Positions 42,000 through 56,226 are shown, counted from the first letter of the stretch. The stretch is 64,000 nt of DNA from Eledone cirrhosa (GCA_964016885.1 OZ024742.1:309938001-310002000), one strand, 5' to 3'. The notes: generated by a model not told the origin, from the sequence alone. Translations and numbers: made by a program.

Positions 42000-42681
42000 T
42001 ATGTGTAGGTACATACATATATGTATACAGACGTACAGTAGTATGTATATATATATACATACATGCACACACACATATATATGTAGGTATGGATTCACCG
42101 AACATTTATTATAATGCTCGGTGTGTTTGTAAACAAACATCCCGAATTAAGCCATACAGTGTCTAGCAACCATCGTTGCTCATTTGTTCAACACTGACAA
42201 AGGAACGCTGTACTAGTTTCAAGCTTATTAGCTATCGTCAGCAACGTATACCTTCCTGCCAGATGGTTGAACGTCTGAAAGTATATACTTTCCTTATGCA
42301 TATTAACGGCTGAGCAGCCTAATTTGCATATCGAGTGAGTTAATCGGCTGGGGTACCGAAAATGCATGCTTTACGTATATTTATATTTTGTTCTGATTTG
42401 AAGTGGCTTGCGTAAAAATGTGTAGAGAACTGATGCTGCAGTAACCTGTTTCCTGTATTGTAAACTGTTGAAAGTGAATTTTGTTTCAAAACATCAGATC
42501 GACCAACTGAAATAATTCTAAGGTCAGTCTTTTTTACTGCAGTCAGTTGATTGAGTATACTTTATGAGATATTCGTCCAACATAGATAGACGTACTCCAG
42601 AATGTTTCAGATTTGGGATTTGTACTCGTCGTCTCTTCCTTCCTCGTCCAGCCTCCTTGCAACATTATATAACATCCTTAG

Positions 42682-43010
42682 GGTAGTGGACTGGCAAAAC
42701 TGTTTGAGTGTCAGATAAAATGTCATTATGTTGACTTTGCCTTTCATCCTTACGGGGTCGATAAAATAAAGTACCAGTAATGCACTGGGTAATTGCTGGC
42801 CTTGTGCCTAAAGTAGAAACAATTATGTCATTATAAAGAAAACATTGTTATTTGTTCTGGCCTTTTACATTCTCAGTTCAAATCCCGCCGTGATCAAATT
42901 TACTTCTCATCCTTCATGGGTCGGTAAAATAAAGTTCCAGTCTGAGGTTAGTTTAATCAGCTTTGTCCTTCCCCAAATTGTCTGGCTCTGTGCCGAAATA
43001 AAAAATCCAT
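42682..43010 (+). mobile_element. Nested SINE copies
   Basis: Young fragment 42731-42825 inside an older copy. Confidence 0.7.
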
Positions 43011-43030
43011 AATTTATAAGACCCCAATCC

Positions 43031-43358
43031 TCTGCACAGCTCTACTATATACAGAGTGTCGCCCCAAAATGTGTACACACTTCAACAGCATTCTAATAAA
43101 TATTGCCTTGTACAATCAAAGAGTGTATACATTTTTTGGACACCCTGTATATATCGTTCAAATCTAGTCACAATCAGCTCTGAGCTGCACAGCTCAACTA
43201 TATACATATCTATCGTTCAAATCTAGTCACAAACGAATTTGACCTGCACATCTCTACTATAGACATATCTATCGTTCAAATCTAGTCACAATCGAATTTG
43301 ATCTGCACAGCTCTGCTTATCTATCGTTCAAATCTAGTCACAATAGAATTTGACTTGC
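43031..43358. repeat. ~59-bp tandem repeat interrupted by a 97-bp MITE (43052-43148)
   Basis: ATCGTTCAAATCTAGTCACAA at 43153, 43212, 43271 and 43323. Confidence 0.85.
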
Positions 43359-44183
43359 TTAGGTTCGACCAACTACCAGTAATAAAATGGTATTTGAATC
43401 AACTTGAACTATTGTCCTCCTTGACAACTACTGGCCTTGAATCTTGGTTAGAATAAACCTGTATCACATATAACTTTGTCATGAATCTCTATTTCAATTA
43501 CACAGAGAAAATGAAAATAAAGACTGTGATTATATATTTATTTAAAAAAAATATATTGCAGATTAAAAAAGAAATAATTTACAAAGTACAACAAAATTTA
43601 AAAAGCAGAAAGAAAAAGAAAATGAAATGTAAAAAAAAACAATAAAACAAAACAAATAAGTGAAAACAAAAATTACATATTATATATTCACGCAGATGGA
43701 ATCTAAGATGTGGAATCTTGATATTAATCCTTTCTAAGTTAAATTAAACCAATTTATGGTTAGAATAGGAAGTATCAAATACTGGTTTACTGAATGACGA
43801 CTGCATATCCGAACAGCAAGATATCAGTTTCAAATCCATGTCCTGAACTACATCTATTTACAGCTCGTACACACACCCATATACATATGCATATAAATCA
43901 TTGTTGTTCTCTCTTCACTTCAGGATATTGAGGAAACATGCATGGATGGTTAAACCAGTCAGCTACCAGACAATATAACAGAGAAGTTGACGGTTCGTGT
44001 CTTAATACAAGTACAGTATAGTACCCGCGATCAATACATTTAACCTTTTCCCCAGAATATTGTCTAAGAAAATACATCGTTCATCTATTTCAATTAATGC
44101 TTTAAATTATGAAAGATTTGAAAGTTTCTTTCGTGAAATAAATAATTTTTCCATTATTGTGTTTAGAACATAGCTTCGTGCAT

Positions 44184-44384
44184 CTGACCTGTCAACTCTC
44201 CCCGTCCGACAGGGAGATCACCCACCCACTTTGGAGAGGGTGAGAGATGTCTTCTCTTGTGAAAATAGGTATAGCTTTCGTTATGTAAAATCTCCCCATT
44301 TTTCCTCATTTCTCCCCGTTTTGGAGCACCATTTTTCATGGTACTCCCCGTTTGGGTTTTTAGTTTTAGAGGTTGGCAGGTCTG
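44184..44384 (-). mobile_element. hAT-type MITE copy
   Basis: Reverse complement of the 38075-38268 family. Confidence 0.75.
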
Positions 44385-46929
44385 GTACTTATGCTTGAAG
44401 GTTTAAATTGAAATATTTAGAAATTTAAATATTTAGAAAGGACAATAAATGCGAGACATATTGTTCTAAGACACGTTTTGCAAGGAAACTTTAAATCTGC
44501 TGATATACGGATTAGTCTGCATATTTCTTCATATATATTTTAAAAAGGGTAGTATTATATCATAGAACCAGGGGCGGTCTCAGGTAAGTTGATATCACAT
44601 TAAAAAATCTTTTTTAATATCAACTGGAACTAATTTACCACTAAGCTGGTGCCAACGTAATGAAAGGACTGTGTCGTTAATCAAGAATAGGGTTAATTTA
44701 AAATTAATCAAGAGTATGACAGAACTGGAGTCCCTATCGTTAAAATACCCAAGAAACTTCCTATGGAATACGACTTCAATGGGAGTCGACCAGACCTGAA
44801 ATGTTTGGAGCGTAATAGTAATGAAACATTCAAGAACATTTCTTCATTTGAGCCCTGTATAGAGACAAGTTCCTGTGTAGTGGTGTCATATATAGGGGTG
44901 GGGTGGATGGGGCTAACCTCTAATATGAACACCAATACTGTTACACAAACATACACACATATATAACACACACATATAGAAAGAGATAAACACACACAAG
45001 GTGGCGAATTGGCAGAGTTGTTATAAAATCTGTTAAAATGCTTTGCGGTATTCGTTTCGGTTTTGCATTCTGAGTTTAAATCACGATGAGAGGTTAAATT
45101 TGGCTTTTATACTTTCGAGATCGATAAAGTAAAACCCTGTATTGGGCTCAATTCTTACCATCTTTCTCTTTCTCTTTCTTTCTTTTTCTTTCTGTCCCTC
45201 TCTTTCTCTGGAAGTAATCAGCTGTGTTCAGACTTGGGGAGAAATGGACTCCGCCAGGTTTAAATTCTCAAGACACGGCATAGATCACGATAACGCTCCC
45301 CACGACTCCATCAGGAGTTAACGGTTCACAGATGGATGGTGATATATATATTACACACACCCAGACACACACACGCACGTATATTTGTTCGTGTGTGTAT
45401 GTTTCTGTGTATGTGTGTCTGTGCTCGCGTGTGTGCGTGAGGTGTAGTAAAAATTGTAGACTTATCTTTGTAACATTTTCAGTATATAATTGGAATAGGT
45501 CACGGTGGTTTTGAAAATAAAGTCAAATGTCTTATTAATTCTAAATATAGGTGAATTCAATTCCAGTTGTGCAGGTTTGCAAAACCGTATCTAATGGAAA
45601 TTGCAGATAGAATTTAAGGGAATACATCCCTGTCTAGCTATATTTATCCCTTTATATATTTTCTTTTAATTTTAGAAGGATGGTTGCCACTTGGTTTCTA
45701 CTGCCTCTACTCTCTATATCCCCAGTGGGACCTGAATTATTACCGTTGCTGTTCCACTTTAGGGACCATTTTAGTAAATATTTTATTTTTTTAAATAATT
45801 GCTATATATATATATATATCGTCTTCTGTCTGTTTTGGCTCTTTTATTCTCACTGGATATATATATATAATGATAATAATAATAATAGTTTCTAATTTAG
45901 GCACATGATTATAATTTTTAGTGGGGTAGGGAAGGTCGATTATATCGACATACTATTTGAATGGTTCCTTATTTTAGCGACCCCGGAAGGACGGAAAGCA
46001 AAGTTTTCCTCGGCAGGATTTGAACTAGTAGCGTAAAGAACCAGAAGAAATACCGCAAAGTATTTCCAATAACACAATATGGTGTTTTGCAGCAAGGAAG
46101 AGAGAATATGTGGGTAAAATACTGAAACAGGGAGACAGAGGGTGAAAAGAATTGAAGAATTGCTACTGCCTTTTCCTCTTTGACGAGGAACATTTCCACT
46201 GCTAAATAATAAAACATCTCCACCACCACTAATAATAAGAACATTTCCGATGACATTGACAACAGCAAAGACAACAACACCATCTCGACGATCACTAATG
46301 TTTCAAGCAAGGTAGCAGAGATAGTAGTAATTGATACTATCACTGCAATGGTTCCCCCAACCCTGCATTAAAAACAACACTTGTTACACCATCACCGCTA
46401 CCATAACCAGCTTCACCCTATCAAATTTCTGTTTAACTGCTTCCCTTTCCACAACTACAACCACTACTGAGGTAAAATGATGTCTCTATGCGCTTGCTCG
46501 ACCTGCAAGAATGACTTGGCAAATATATCTCAAATCACACCCTACTGTCTTTTAAAAAAATGAAGAATGCATTGAAAAATAGGGTCCTAGATAGACTGTG
46601 TTTAAAGAGTAGAATGAGTAGAACGTCTTTGATATTAGGTTTTACTCGTTTGTCCCTAATAAAACGTAACTTCTTTTTTCCCCTTCTCCCCAAAACACTA
46701 CATCACAAAGACTACGATGTATAAATACACGAAATCTAGGGTGGGATTGAAAGTAGCCATTTGCTAAATAACCTCAGCTCACTTGGTATAAATAGGGCAA
46801 CACTCAGCTGAATCAGAATTTCTGAGGCGCGGTCACTTGCGTTCCTTCTGAGCGCTTACGAAGTGAACGCCTCATTTGGATTACCAATTTCGCGAGGAGT
46901 TGTAGAGTTGTTTCAGAATATTCTGAATC

Positions 46930-47115
46930 GCGAACTAAGAACGATTGTCCTAAAACAGAATAATAAGATGGTACTCATGGCCGTTAACTGTAGCGAAAGC
47001 TATGTCTTCCGACTAGTGATCGCTTATGTACCAATCGGGGAAGGACAGCAGGATGATTTCTTCAGGCGTGTACAAACATTCTTAGGAATATCTCATTCAT
47101 GAGTATTAGTGGGTG
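46930..47115 (+). pseudogene. Degenerate Tx1-like APE fragment
   Basis: VFRLVIAYVPIGEGQQDDFFRRVQTFLG parallels AFRLVAVYAPTGAGRPHFFRHLEAFLG in the 27337-27816 ORF. Confidence 0.6.
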
Positions 47116-47665
47116 CTTTGCAGCATAGAGTTATACACATTTACGTTCTGAGTCAAAATCCCGCCGAGGTTAGCTTTGATTTTCATCCTTACGGGGTCAA
47201 TAAAATAAAGTATTAACTGGGGTCGATTTAATCGACTTTCCCTTCCCCCAAAATTGCTGGCGTTATGCCTAAATCAGAACTCATTATTATTATTAATATT
47301 ATTATTATTATTATTAAAGGCGGTGAAGGGCGGTAGATTGGCAGTATCTTTCGAGCATCGTACAACCCTTTTACCGCATAGAGTTACGGCCCCTTACATT
47401 CTGAGTTCAAATAAGTACCAGTAACGTACTGGGGTCGATTTAATCATTATTATTGGCGGTGGATGTGCAGTATCGTTAGAGCATCGGGCAAATGTTTCGC
47501 CGTATTTGTTCCTGCTTTTTATGTTCTGATTTCAAATCCTGCCGAAGTCAACTTTGCTTTTCATCCTTCTGAGATTGATAAAATAAAATAGCAGTCAAGT
47601 ACTCGGGTTGATATTAACTTTCTCTCTCCCAAATTGCTGCCCTTATGCCCAAATTCGAAATCTTT
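47115..47665 (+). mobile_element. Three tandem SINE copies
   Basis: A/B boxes, shared core and ATT linkers. Confidence 0.8.
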
Positions 47666-48417
47666 ATTGTTATTACTATTCCCCTTGTTGGTGGGAACAG
47701 ATACACAGTAAGTAATGGTGAAAAAACATTTTTTTCTTTAAAGAAAACTACGAGTTAGCACCATGTGATATTTAGGAGGGAAAGAATGCAAATGCAAATA
47801 AAAAACAATACCAAAATAAAGTTTTAAAAATCCTGTTCAGACAAAAGAAAATTACAATTAACCAACGAAGCAACCGAGCTACTGAACATAGATAAATGAA
47901 ATACTAATAGAAAGTTAGAAAAAATAGAGTTATCAGAAGCATGCATATTTTTTGCAAGAATGACATAAAAAGAGATTGCAAAAAGCATTCTCAAAACAAA
48001 TAACAAAAGTAGAAGTCTTGAACTATGGGGGCATGCAGCCACAATTACATCTGAACGTGCAGGAACACCAAACCTAATAATTTAGCATAATATATATGTG
48101 GTAGGTTTTCTAACGTTTTGCTGCACATGTTGGCATACAAAGAAAAAATAAGAATGAAGCACCTTACAACATTTCAACATCATTCAACAAGCCACCTCAA
48201 ATTCCATCACGTAACCAATTCGGGGCGATTACGATCCATACTGCCCATTCCACGAAGATCTCATGATTAGGGATGAGCCCGTGACAATGACACTGCGAGT
48301 AATGACTATAGATGTCATTGACTGATAACCATATTGAGCACTCTTTTATTCATCCCAATCACCACCCTCTCATACCACCAGAAAATGTACAAATACCACT
48401 ATATTACTTGGACAGTC

Positions 48418-48468
48418 GGCTTCCTGATGATTTCTCCCGAATGAAACAGTTCTAGTCCTGTAGAAGCC
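48418..48468 (+). ncRNA. Type I HHR, family F
   Basis: GGCTTC-CTGATGA-T TTC tccc GAA T-GAAA-CAG ttctagtc CT-GTA-GAAGCC. Confidence 0.85.
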
Positions 48469-48480
48469 ATTTCTATATTG

Positions 48481-48532
<52 letters not shown>

Positions 48533-48534
<2 letters not shown>

Positions 48535-48674
48535 CGAAGGAAGTGTGGTAAGGAACCAGATGGACCATAACGCACCAAAGTATTCAATACTTAGGGTAGT
48601 AGAGTGGGTAATAGGAACGAGTAGGACCCCGACGGCTGAGCTCAAGCCGTTTCGACGGCTAATCCTGGACTAGT

Positions 48675-48677
<3 letters not shown>
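48533..48677 (-). mobile_element. Family A 3' fragment
   Basis: Reverse complement of 38944-39081; ends in mini-palindrome GGACTAGTCC. Confidence 0.8.
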
Positions 48678-48707
<30 letters not shown>

Positions 48708-48860
48708 AAGAAATTGTAGTTTACTTGAAGCATTGCGTAATGAGGTATAAACGTTTGGAGTTCGATGGCCAAAACAATGCAGGTATGGATATAGAATATA
48801 AATACAAATGCAAAAGATATTGCTGACAATTAGTCCTTTACCTTAAATTTATTTGAATAT

Positions 48861-48896
48861 CCTTAATTTTCGAGATCATATCTTTTCTTCGGAAGG
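48861..48896 (-). ncRNA. Minimal HHR-like motif, U4C core
   Basis: Reverse complement reads CCTT-CCGAAGA-aa AGAT atg ATCT c-GAAA-ATT-AAGG. Confidence 0.4.
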
Positions 48897-49471
48897 AAGA
48901 AAAAGGGGTTAATCCAGTGTTCTATTAAGCTTGCCAAGTCATGCTGACAGGAAATGGTATAGAAATTTCATTCTATTTCTAATGTCAAAGAGTAAAGGTT
49001 AGGTGGATAATATATATAATAATATATATATATATATATGTATATATATAATTGTTTCTACTTTTGGCACAAGGCCAGTAATTATCCCAGTGTATTACTG
49101 GTACTTTATTTTATCGACCCTATATATATAATTTTATTATATATATATATATCAAATCCCGCCGAGGTTAACTTTGCCTTTCATCCTTATAGGGTCGATA
49201 AAATAAAGTACCTTTGCTCTCTACACCTCTTCTAGCTATATTTCCCCCTGTTTTCTCTCTCTCTTTTTTCTTTCCTCTTTCTTCAATAATTATTTGAATC
49301 TCTAACAGTTATGTAAATTACTGTTATGTATTTTTAAACTTTCTTACATGCACCCTCTGTATTATATGTATCAATCTTAAGGTATATAAATATTGAGTTT
49401 TGTCATATCTTACTCACTACCATGACTGGATCTTAACCACCTACTATGTCAGGGTATGTCATGCATCATCT

Positions 49472-49538
49472 TATTTTATCTGATGAGGACGTACTGTTGA
49501 AGTTAGCTCAGTACCTCTGAAATATGTATAATAAAATA
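49472..49538 (+). ncRNA. Type I HHR related to 17192-17252
   Basis: Stem I TATTTTAT/ATAAAATA (8 bp); CTGATGA; stem II GTACTG/CAGTAC; GAAA-TATGTATA. Confidence 0.8.
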
Positions 49539-49580
49539 TACTGGATCTCAATGAAGTTCTAGTTTTGTTAATATTTTGAA

Positions 49581-49629
<49 letters not shown>

Positions 49630-49632
<3 letters not shown>

Positions 49633-52491
49633 TTCACTCATCTTCCTAGGACACACCGCACGAACAGAAAAGGGCTTCATGCCAACCCACAAACCACAAT
49701 AAAGCCACCCCTGCTGCGGTAATGCTGCTCCAGTCTCCTCACAAAGACATGATCACAACAACAAAAACAACAAAAGTAATGCTGCTCCATTCTTGTCACA
49801 AAGACACAATCACAACAACAACAACAAATACAACAACAAAAATAACGCTGCTCCAGTCTTTTCACAAAGACACAATTACAACAAATACAACAACAACAAA
49901 AGAGGGAACTGCAACCCTATCCAATGTTGTAACCACAAATCCAATCAAAAACTGCTCCCTGAACAAAAAAAAAAATCTTTCTTTTTTAGCCATGAACCTG
50001 GCAAAAGAGATAGAGAAAAACATTTTAGCCATCACCCAACACCAACCTTGCTGTCACTAACACACAATCACAAAACAAGCCCCCTGCAACAGTCAAAACC
50101 AGCCACCACACTAGCCTCCACATTCTTACTCAATACACAAGGTATCAGCCCATCCATCAATGCACAGAAATGGAAGATCCAATTCATTGAGGATTGGGTT
50201 GGTAACCATTCATTTCACATCCCCTGCTTCATCCTTACTGAGACCCACCTTGACAACTCCCACTTGGAGGCCGAAGTAAGAGTGAGAAATTTTACAACCA
50301 TCCGTGCGGATCGTGTTGGCAGAAGGAAGGGTGGAACTGCCATTTTCCTGCATGATTTCTTTACGGCAGATGGCAACACAACATTCTCTAATGGATACTG
50401 TGAATCAGTCACTGTGCACAATAAAGCCAATGACCTGACATTAGTTGGGCTCTATAGGCCGCCACAAACACCCATAATCTGTTTCAAAGAATGCCTCAAC
50501 AGTATTAAATGCTTTATTAAACAGTGCCATTCTAGCAACATACTTTTGATGGGAGACTTTAATCTACCCTGTGTCGATTGGTCTACATGTAGTTTGAAAC
50601 CAGGCTCCGCAGCCTCAACCACTGACAAAGAGGCTGTCGAGTCACTTCTTGACTTCATGAATGAGTTTTTCTTGTCCCAACTTGTCCTTGCACCAACGAG
50701 GCATCAGAAGAACATTCTGGATCTAGTGTTTAGTAACCACTATACATAATATTACAGTGGAAAAAACCATTCTCTCAGACCATGACATGGTTCTTTGTAA
50801 CCTGAGATTCCACCAGCCGAAAGCTAATCCCAGGGTCCTCTCTCCAGCACACCCATTTGATAACATGGATCTCTACAATGCCAACTGGGATGCAATTATG
50901 AACGAACTATCACATGTCGACTGGTCTTTTACACACACACACACTTCTACCAACATCAAAACATCTTGGCAGATCTTTGTAGACACTGTCACAAATATAT
51001 GTACAAAACACACCCCACCAAACCTGTGAAAAAAACCAAGTGCAGTATCCCCCAAAACAGAAAAACAATTATCAGAAATATAAAAAGAACAAACAAAAAA
51101 TTAACACACTAAAATACTGCCAACAGCAACACACACATTCAATGGCTCTCACCCTGCTTGAGTAAAAAAAATGTAACCTCCAGCAATGCATGATGACCAT
51201 CATCAATAACCAGAGAATAGCTGAAGAGAGGTGGGGCATTGAGAAAATCAAACTCAACCCCAAAGTGTTCTCATTCGCTAAAAAACACAAAGTCACCGTC
51301 TCCACTGTTGGCCCCCTAGTTGATGAAAATGACACACTCCAGAACAATGCCAAAACCATGGGCGAGATACTGCAAAAACAATACTCCTCTGTTTTCAGCA
51401 ACCCTGATATGGCCGATCTGGGCCGTATCAGTGATATTAAGCCCCAACACACTATATCAGACATAACGTTTGGCGCCCCTGATGTCTTAGCGGCAATAAA
51501 AGAAATTAAACACAATTCAGCAGTAGGCCCCGACAGATTCCCTGCTTGTGTCCTGAAGGTGTGTCGACACCAACTTGCAACTCCTCTTGCTGTGGAGGAA
51601 CTCACTAGACACTGGCTATATTCCTGAAAACTTTCTGTCCCAGTCCGTTGTCCCAGTCTTCAAAAAGGGAAATAAGTCCCTTGCAGTGAACTACCGTCCG
51701 ACCTCACTCACCTCTCATATTATCAAGGTATTTGAGAGGGTGGTGAGATCACGAATAACCCACTTTTTTGAAAGCAACGGCCTGCTGAACTCCAACCAAC
51801 ATGGGTTCCGTAATGGAAGGGACTGCCTAACGCAGCTCCTGCATCACTTTGACGATGTTTTGAGAGCCTTGGGAGAGGGCTCCAACACTGATGTTATCTA
51901 CCTTGATTTCAGCAAGGACTTCGACAGGGTTGATCATAAGATTCTACTGAAAAAACTATCCAATGTTGGTGTCTCTGGAAGGTTACTCCAGTGGATCAAA
52001 TGTTTCCTGACAGGTAGAATCCAGCATGTTGTAGTCGAAGGAGTAAAATCAAGCCCTGCCAAAGTCAGCAGTGGCGTCCCACAAGGCACTGTGTTGGGCC
52101 CACTTCTTTTCATCATCTACATTAATGACATTACTGACATCATCAAACACAGTAACATCAGAATCTTCGCAGATGATTCCAGGCTCCAAAGGGTCATCAA
52201 TGAGGTAGGTGACCGGACTTGCCTTCAGTCAGACTTACTGGCTGTTATCCAATGGGCAGAGACGAATAATATGCTGTTGAATGAGGATAAATAACTTTGG
52301 AAAAAAGGATGCTCTGAAACTACCATACTCTCTTCCTTCGGGTGAAACTCTAGTGGCTTCCAATAACATCAGAGACCTGGGAGTAATTGTGAACAACAAT
52401 ATAAGCTGGGCCACTCATATAAACAGCAAAAGTTGATATGGCCCGCAGAATGTGTTCCTGGATTCTCAGAACATTCCAGTCGAGAGATATG
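49630..52491 (+). mobile_element. CR1/L2-group LINE (APE + RT), disrupted and 3'-truncated
   Basis: APE motifs LTETHL, GGTAI, LYRPP, GDFN, LDLVF, SDH; RT motifs YRPTSLTS, QHGF, SGVPQGTVLGP, FADD. Confidence 0.9.
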
Positions 52492-52661
52492 CTGTTGAAA
52501 TGTTGGGTAAATATTCTATTGCGGTCGGCCACGAAGAGGCTGCTTTCGTTTATTTATCAAATATTTTTTCATAGGAGCCTTTATTCTTATAGCCTGGTCT
52601 AATTCATTTTTTATGTGGTTAATCATGCTAATTGGGAGAGGAAATAGTGTATATATTTGAT

Positions 52662-52759
<98 letters not shown>

Positions 52760-52844
52760 AATAAAACAAGGACGAGTGGTTACTCCTTCATTACGTTTAT
52801 TGGTTGGTGACGTGCATTTCGCCACCGATGAGCTCAAAGTTCAA

Positions 52845-52933
<89 letters not shown>

Positions 52934-53010
52934 TATATATAATTTATATATATATAAAATATGGAAAAAGCAAACAGGTTAAGAAAAAATCTTTACTTAC
53001 TCACTTTAAT

Positions 53011-53088
53011 GTCCCTACTGCAGTTTCATTAGGAAAATAACGAAACTCTGAGTAGAGTATCGCGACAAATCCCAAATCATCAGGAGAC
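53011..53088 (-). ncRNA. Type I HHR with extended stem II
   Basis: Reverse complement reads GTCTC-CTGATGA-T TTGGGA..TCCTAA T-GAAA-CTGCA-GTA-GGGAC; palindromic ACTGCAGT. Confidence 0.8.
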
Positions 53089-53451
53089 TTTCTCTGTCTA
53101 GAAGTAAAATTCAAGACAAGAATTCCCAGTCGTTCGTTGTCAGTGAAAATGTCGAATGAAATGACTGTCACGTGACAAGTGGCCAGCAGGAGGGTAGTAA
53201 AGTGGACGGTCGCAGGCAACATGTTACTAGAAAGTAGTTCGATTCCACCAAATTTTCACTCTACAATAAGGAAGTGTAATCCGCCGAGGTTAACTTTGCC
53301 TTTCATCCTTACGGGGTCGATACAATAAAGTACCAGTAACGCACTGGGGTAATTGCTGGCCTTGTGCATAAAAGTAGAAACAATTATATATTAAACGAAG
53401 AAGTATACATATCTCTACACGAGTATAGATACAAATATAGATGCATACATA

Positions 53452-53784
53452 CAGAGTGGCCAACTTATACTGAGTTTCGTTCCATGAAAGAGTTAATAGA
53501 ATTAACACATTCAGACCTAATAATTGTTTATACTTTAGGCACAAGGCCAGCAATTACCCAGTGCATTACTGGTACTTTATTTTATCGACCCCGTAAGGTT
53601 GAAAGGCAAAGTCAACCTCGGCGGGATTTGAACTCAGATCGTAAAAGCACGTAACTATGCTGGAAAGCATGGCGTCCGACCCTCCACCGATACTGCCAAT
53701 CCATATTTGATATTATTAGGTCTGAATTTGTTAATTCTATTAACTCTTTCATGGAACGAAACTCAGTATAAGTTGACCACTCTG
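53452..53784. mobile_element. Palindromic Tc1-type MITE with a SINE (53522-53703, minus strand) inserted at its centre
   Basis: ~73-bp arms CAGAGTGGCCAAC.../...GTTGACCACTCTG; TA TSD. Confidence 0.85.
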
Positions 53785-53936
53785 TATGTATGTATCTACC
53801 ATCTACAAACTGACCAATGAGAATTAAGACTATTCCTGCTGGCAACATTAAATTATTCCTAACAAGCTCATATGTCCCAAGGCTCTGATACCAACAACAC
53901 CATAAACACAGAGCTGGCATATCTAAGAACTGACTA

Positions 53937-53992
53937 ACTGCCTGATGAGGCCATAGCCATTCAATGGCTATCCTCGAAATATATATAGCAGT
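53937..53992 (+). ncRNA. Type I HHR with (AU)n stem III
   Basis: ACTGC-CTGATGA-ggcc ATAGCCAT tca ATGGCTAT cctc-GAAA-TATATATA-GCAGT. Confidence 0.85.
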
Positions 53993-54286
53993 AAATAAAG
54001 GATTATGAGTTCATGCAATTGACTTATGTTTCGTCACTATATATATATATATATTTTACATTCATTTAAATTATTGATGTATTGTTTTATTGATATTTTT
54101 TATCTGTTTGTCCCGAATCTTCTATTATCGATTTTTTATCGTATGGTTGATTGTAGACTTGTTCTATATGTGACGGTATTTTAACGATAGTTATAGCTCT
54201 GATTCATCTGAATTATTGAGCCCTCTGCCGCTCATTTCGAATTTTGTTTATCGTGAACTCGTGCGCCGATTTTTCGATACTCGATC

Positions 54287-54324
<38 letters not shown>

Positions 54325-54326
<2 letters not shown>

Positions 54327-54520
54327 TATTTAATATAGAAATGGCTTCTACAGGACTAGAACTGTTTCATTCGGGAGAAATCATCAAGAAGCCCGGATGA
54401 TTTCTCCCAAATGAAGCAGTTCTAGTCCTGTAGAAGCCATTTCTATATTAAATATTTATACTCTATTCAGTACCTTACTTACTGTGGTTACCCCCCGATT
54501 GAACCCGGGACAAACATATA
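54325..54520. mobile_element. Family F fold-back; minus-strand HHR 54343-54393 with C3U
   Basis: Arms ~54326-54385 and ~54397-54455; tail resembles 6462-6528. Confidence 0.8.
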
Positions 54521-54607
54521 TGACCCTCCCCAAGTATAACAATATATATATACATATTTCCAATTCCATCCCGCCCGCCCCCTTAATCTATTTTATTTCT
54601 CATTCTT

Positions 54608-54643
54608 TCTTCTGATGAAGGACTAGCGTCCGAAACGTTAAGA
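54608..54643 (+). ncRNA. Minimal type I HHR (Penelope pLTR-type)
   Basis: TCTT-CTGATGA-a GGAC tagc GTCC-GAAA-C-GTT-AAGA; palindromic AACGTT. Confidence 0.85.
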
Positions 54644-54724
54644 CCCTCTTCCTGCTATATCAAGCGTTAACCTAATATATACCTTCCATATACTGTACCG
54701 ATTGTGTTGTTATTTATGTTTACC

Positions 54725-54861
<137 letters not shown>

Positions 54862-55255
54862 AAGAGAGATAACAGAAAGAAATATCTCGTAAATATAAAG
54901 AAAACGTGTTTTGGGTAAACCATCTAAGGAAAGAGCTTGCAAATCGTGTCTTCGGGATGATAAAATAGATTATTAGTCTAAGGTAAGGTAGCGGTTACGA
55001 CGGACTTCCGAACGGCTTTCTTATGTCAAATTTCAATCACTAGATATTGGTCAACCCAAAGATATAGTAGAGGATATTTGCCCGAGTCCGTTGCAGAAGA
55101 GCTGAATACGTAATGACATGGTGGCGAAAAAGACTCCTTAGCAAAACAGCTACACGCGCATGTACATATACATATTTCCAAACAACTGGATCACTCATCA
55201 TCGAAACCGACGGAGGTACATTCCTTATATTTCCTGCTAGCAAGTGTTTGGTCGG

Positions 55256-55358
<103 letters not shown>

Positions 55359-55436
55359 ATATATGTGTGTGTGTGCGTGTATTGCACATATACATACATG
55401 TATGTATGTATGTATGTATGTATGTATGTATGTTTA

Positions 55437-56046
55437 TGTCAGGTCACCAGTAGGTGCTACTGGTAACATGTATCCCAGTACAACCTGTCTCATGGTCGGG
55501 TCGTTGGCGACTAAACTGGCAACCCCACCAAGGTTTCTTGGTGAGGAGGGTGACTTTGGACATCCTGCAGGACTAAAAACAAAACCTATCAAAGGGCAAA
55601 GGAGCTCTTAAGACTCAATGGCCATCCAAAATCACCGGGAGAGATGACCCCTTAGCCTTTGTCAAGGCAGAATTCTAGGAGAAGGAAAACTCTTATATAA
55701 CACCTGCAACCCTGATGGTATCCAATGATGTTGACTTGTTCTTCTTTTTGGTAAATATCATCTTGGTTAAGAGAGTGGGACTGGCTTTGTACAGTGCCTT
55801 TGCTCACTATAAAAGCTTCACGGCACAGGCACTGCTTTGTATCTGGAGATCTCTCTGCACTTGTCGTCACATGGTACCATGGGCCCAGCACTATGTGTCA
55901 ATAATTGTCACAAGTGTAGTGTTTGTACCAGAGTTTTCAAGTCGCTGGCTGGACTAAAAAGTCACACTCGTTCAGCGCATCGGTAGGAGTTCTCCTACAT
56001 GGATATAAAGTAGTGGCCGTACTCGAAAACGAGTTGGCAGCCACCA
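55437..56046 (+). mobile_element. Internally deleted RTE-type element (5' UTR joined to 3' end)
   Basis: CTAGGAGAAGGAAAACTCT 5'-UTR-like motif; terminal C2H2 peptide CSVCTRVFKSLAGLKSHTRSAH at 55915-55986; (ATGT)n on both sides. Confidence 0.6.
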
Positions 56047-56077
56047 TGTATGTATGTATGTATGTGTGTATGTATAC

Positions 56078-56108
<31 letters not shown>

Positions 56109-56226
56109 TGTATGTATGTATGTATGTATGTGTGTATGTATATGTGTGTGTCTGTGTGCGTGTATATGTATGTTTGCGGGTATGCGTATAAGCATATATG
56201 CGTGAGCTTATTTACATGAGTTTATA

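Noticed and set aside
43153-43358. Regularly spaced repeats superficially like a CRISPR array
   Set aside because: Spacers are homologous to each other, the context is eukaryotic, and there are no cas genes
43500-43990. Possible minus-strand 3' UTR with AATAAA
   Set aside because: A/T-rich sequence gives such signals by chance; no linked coding exon was found
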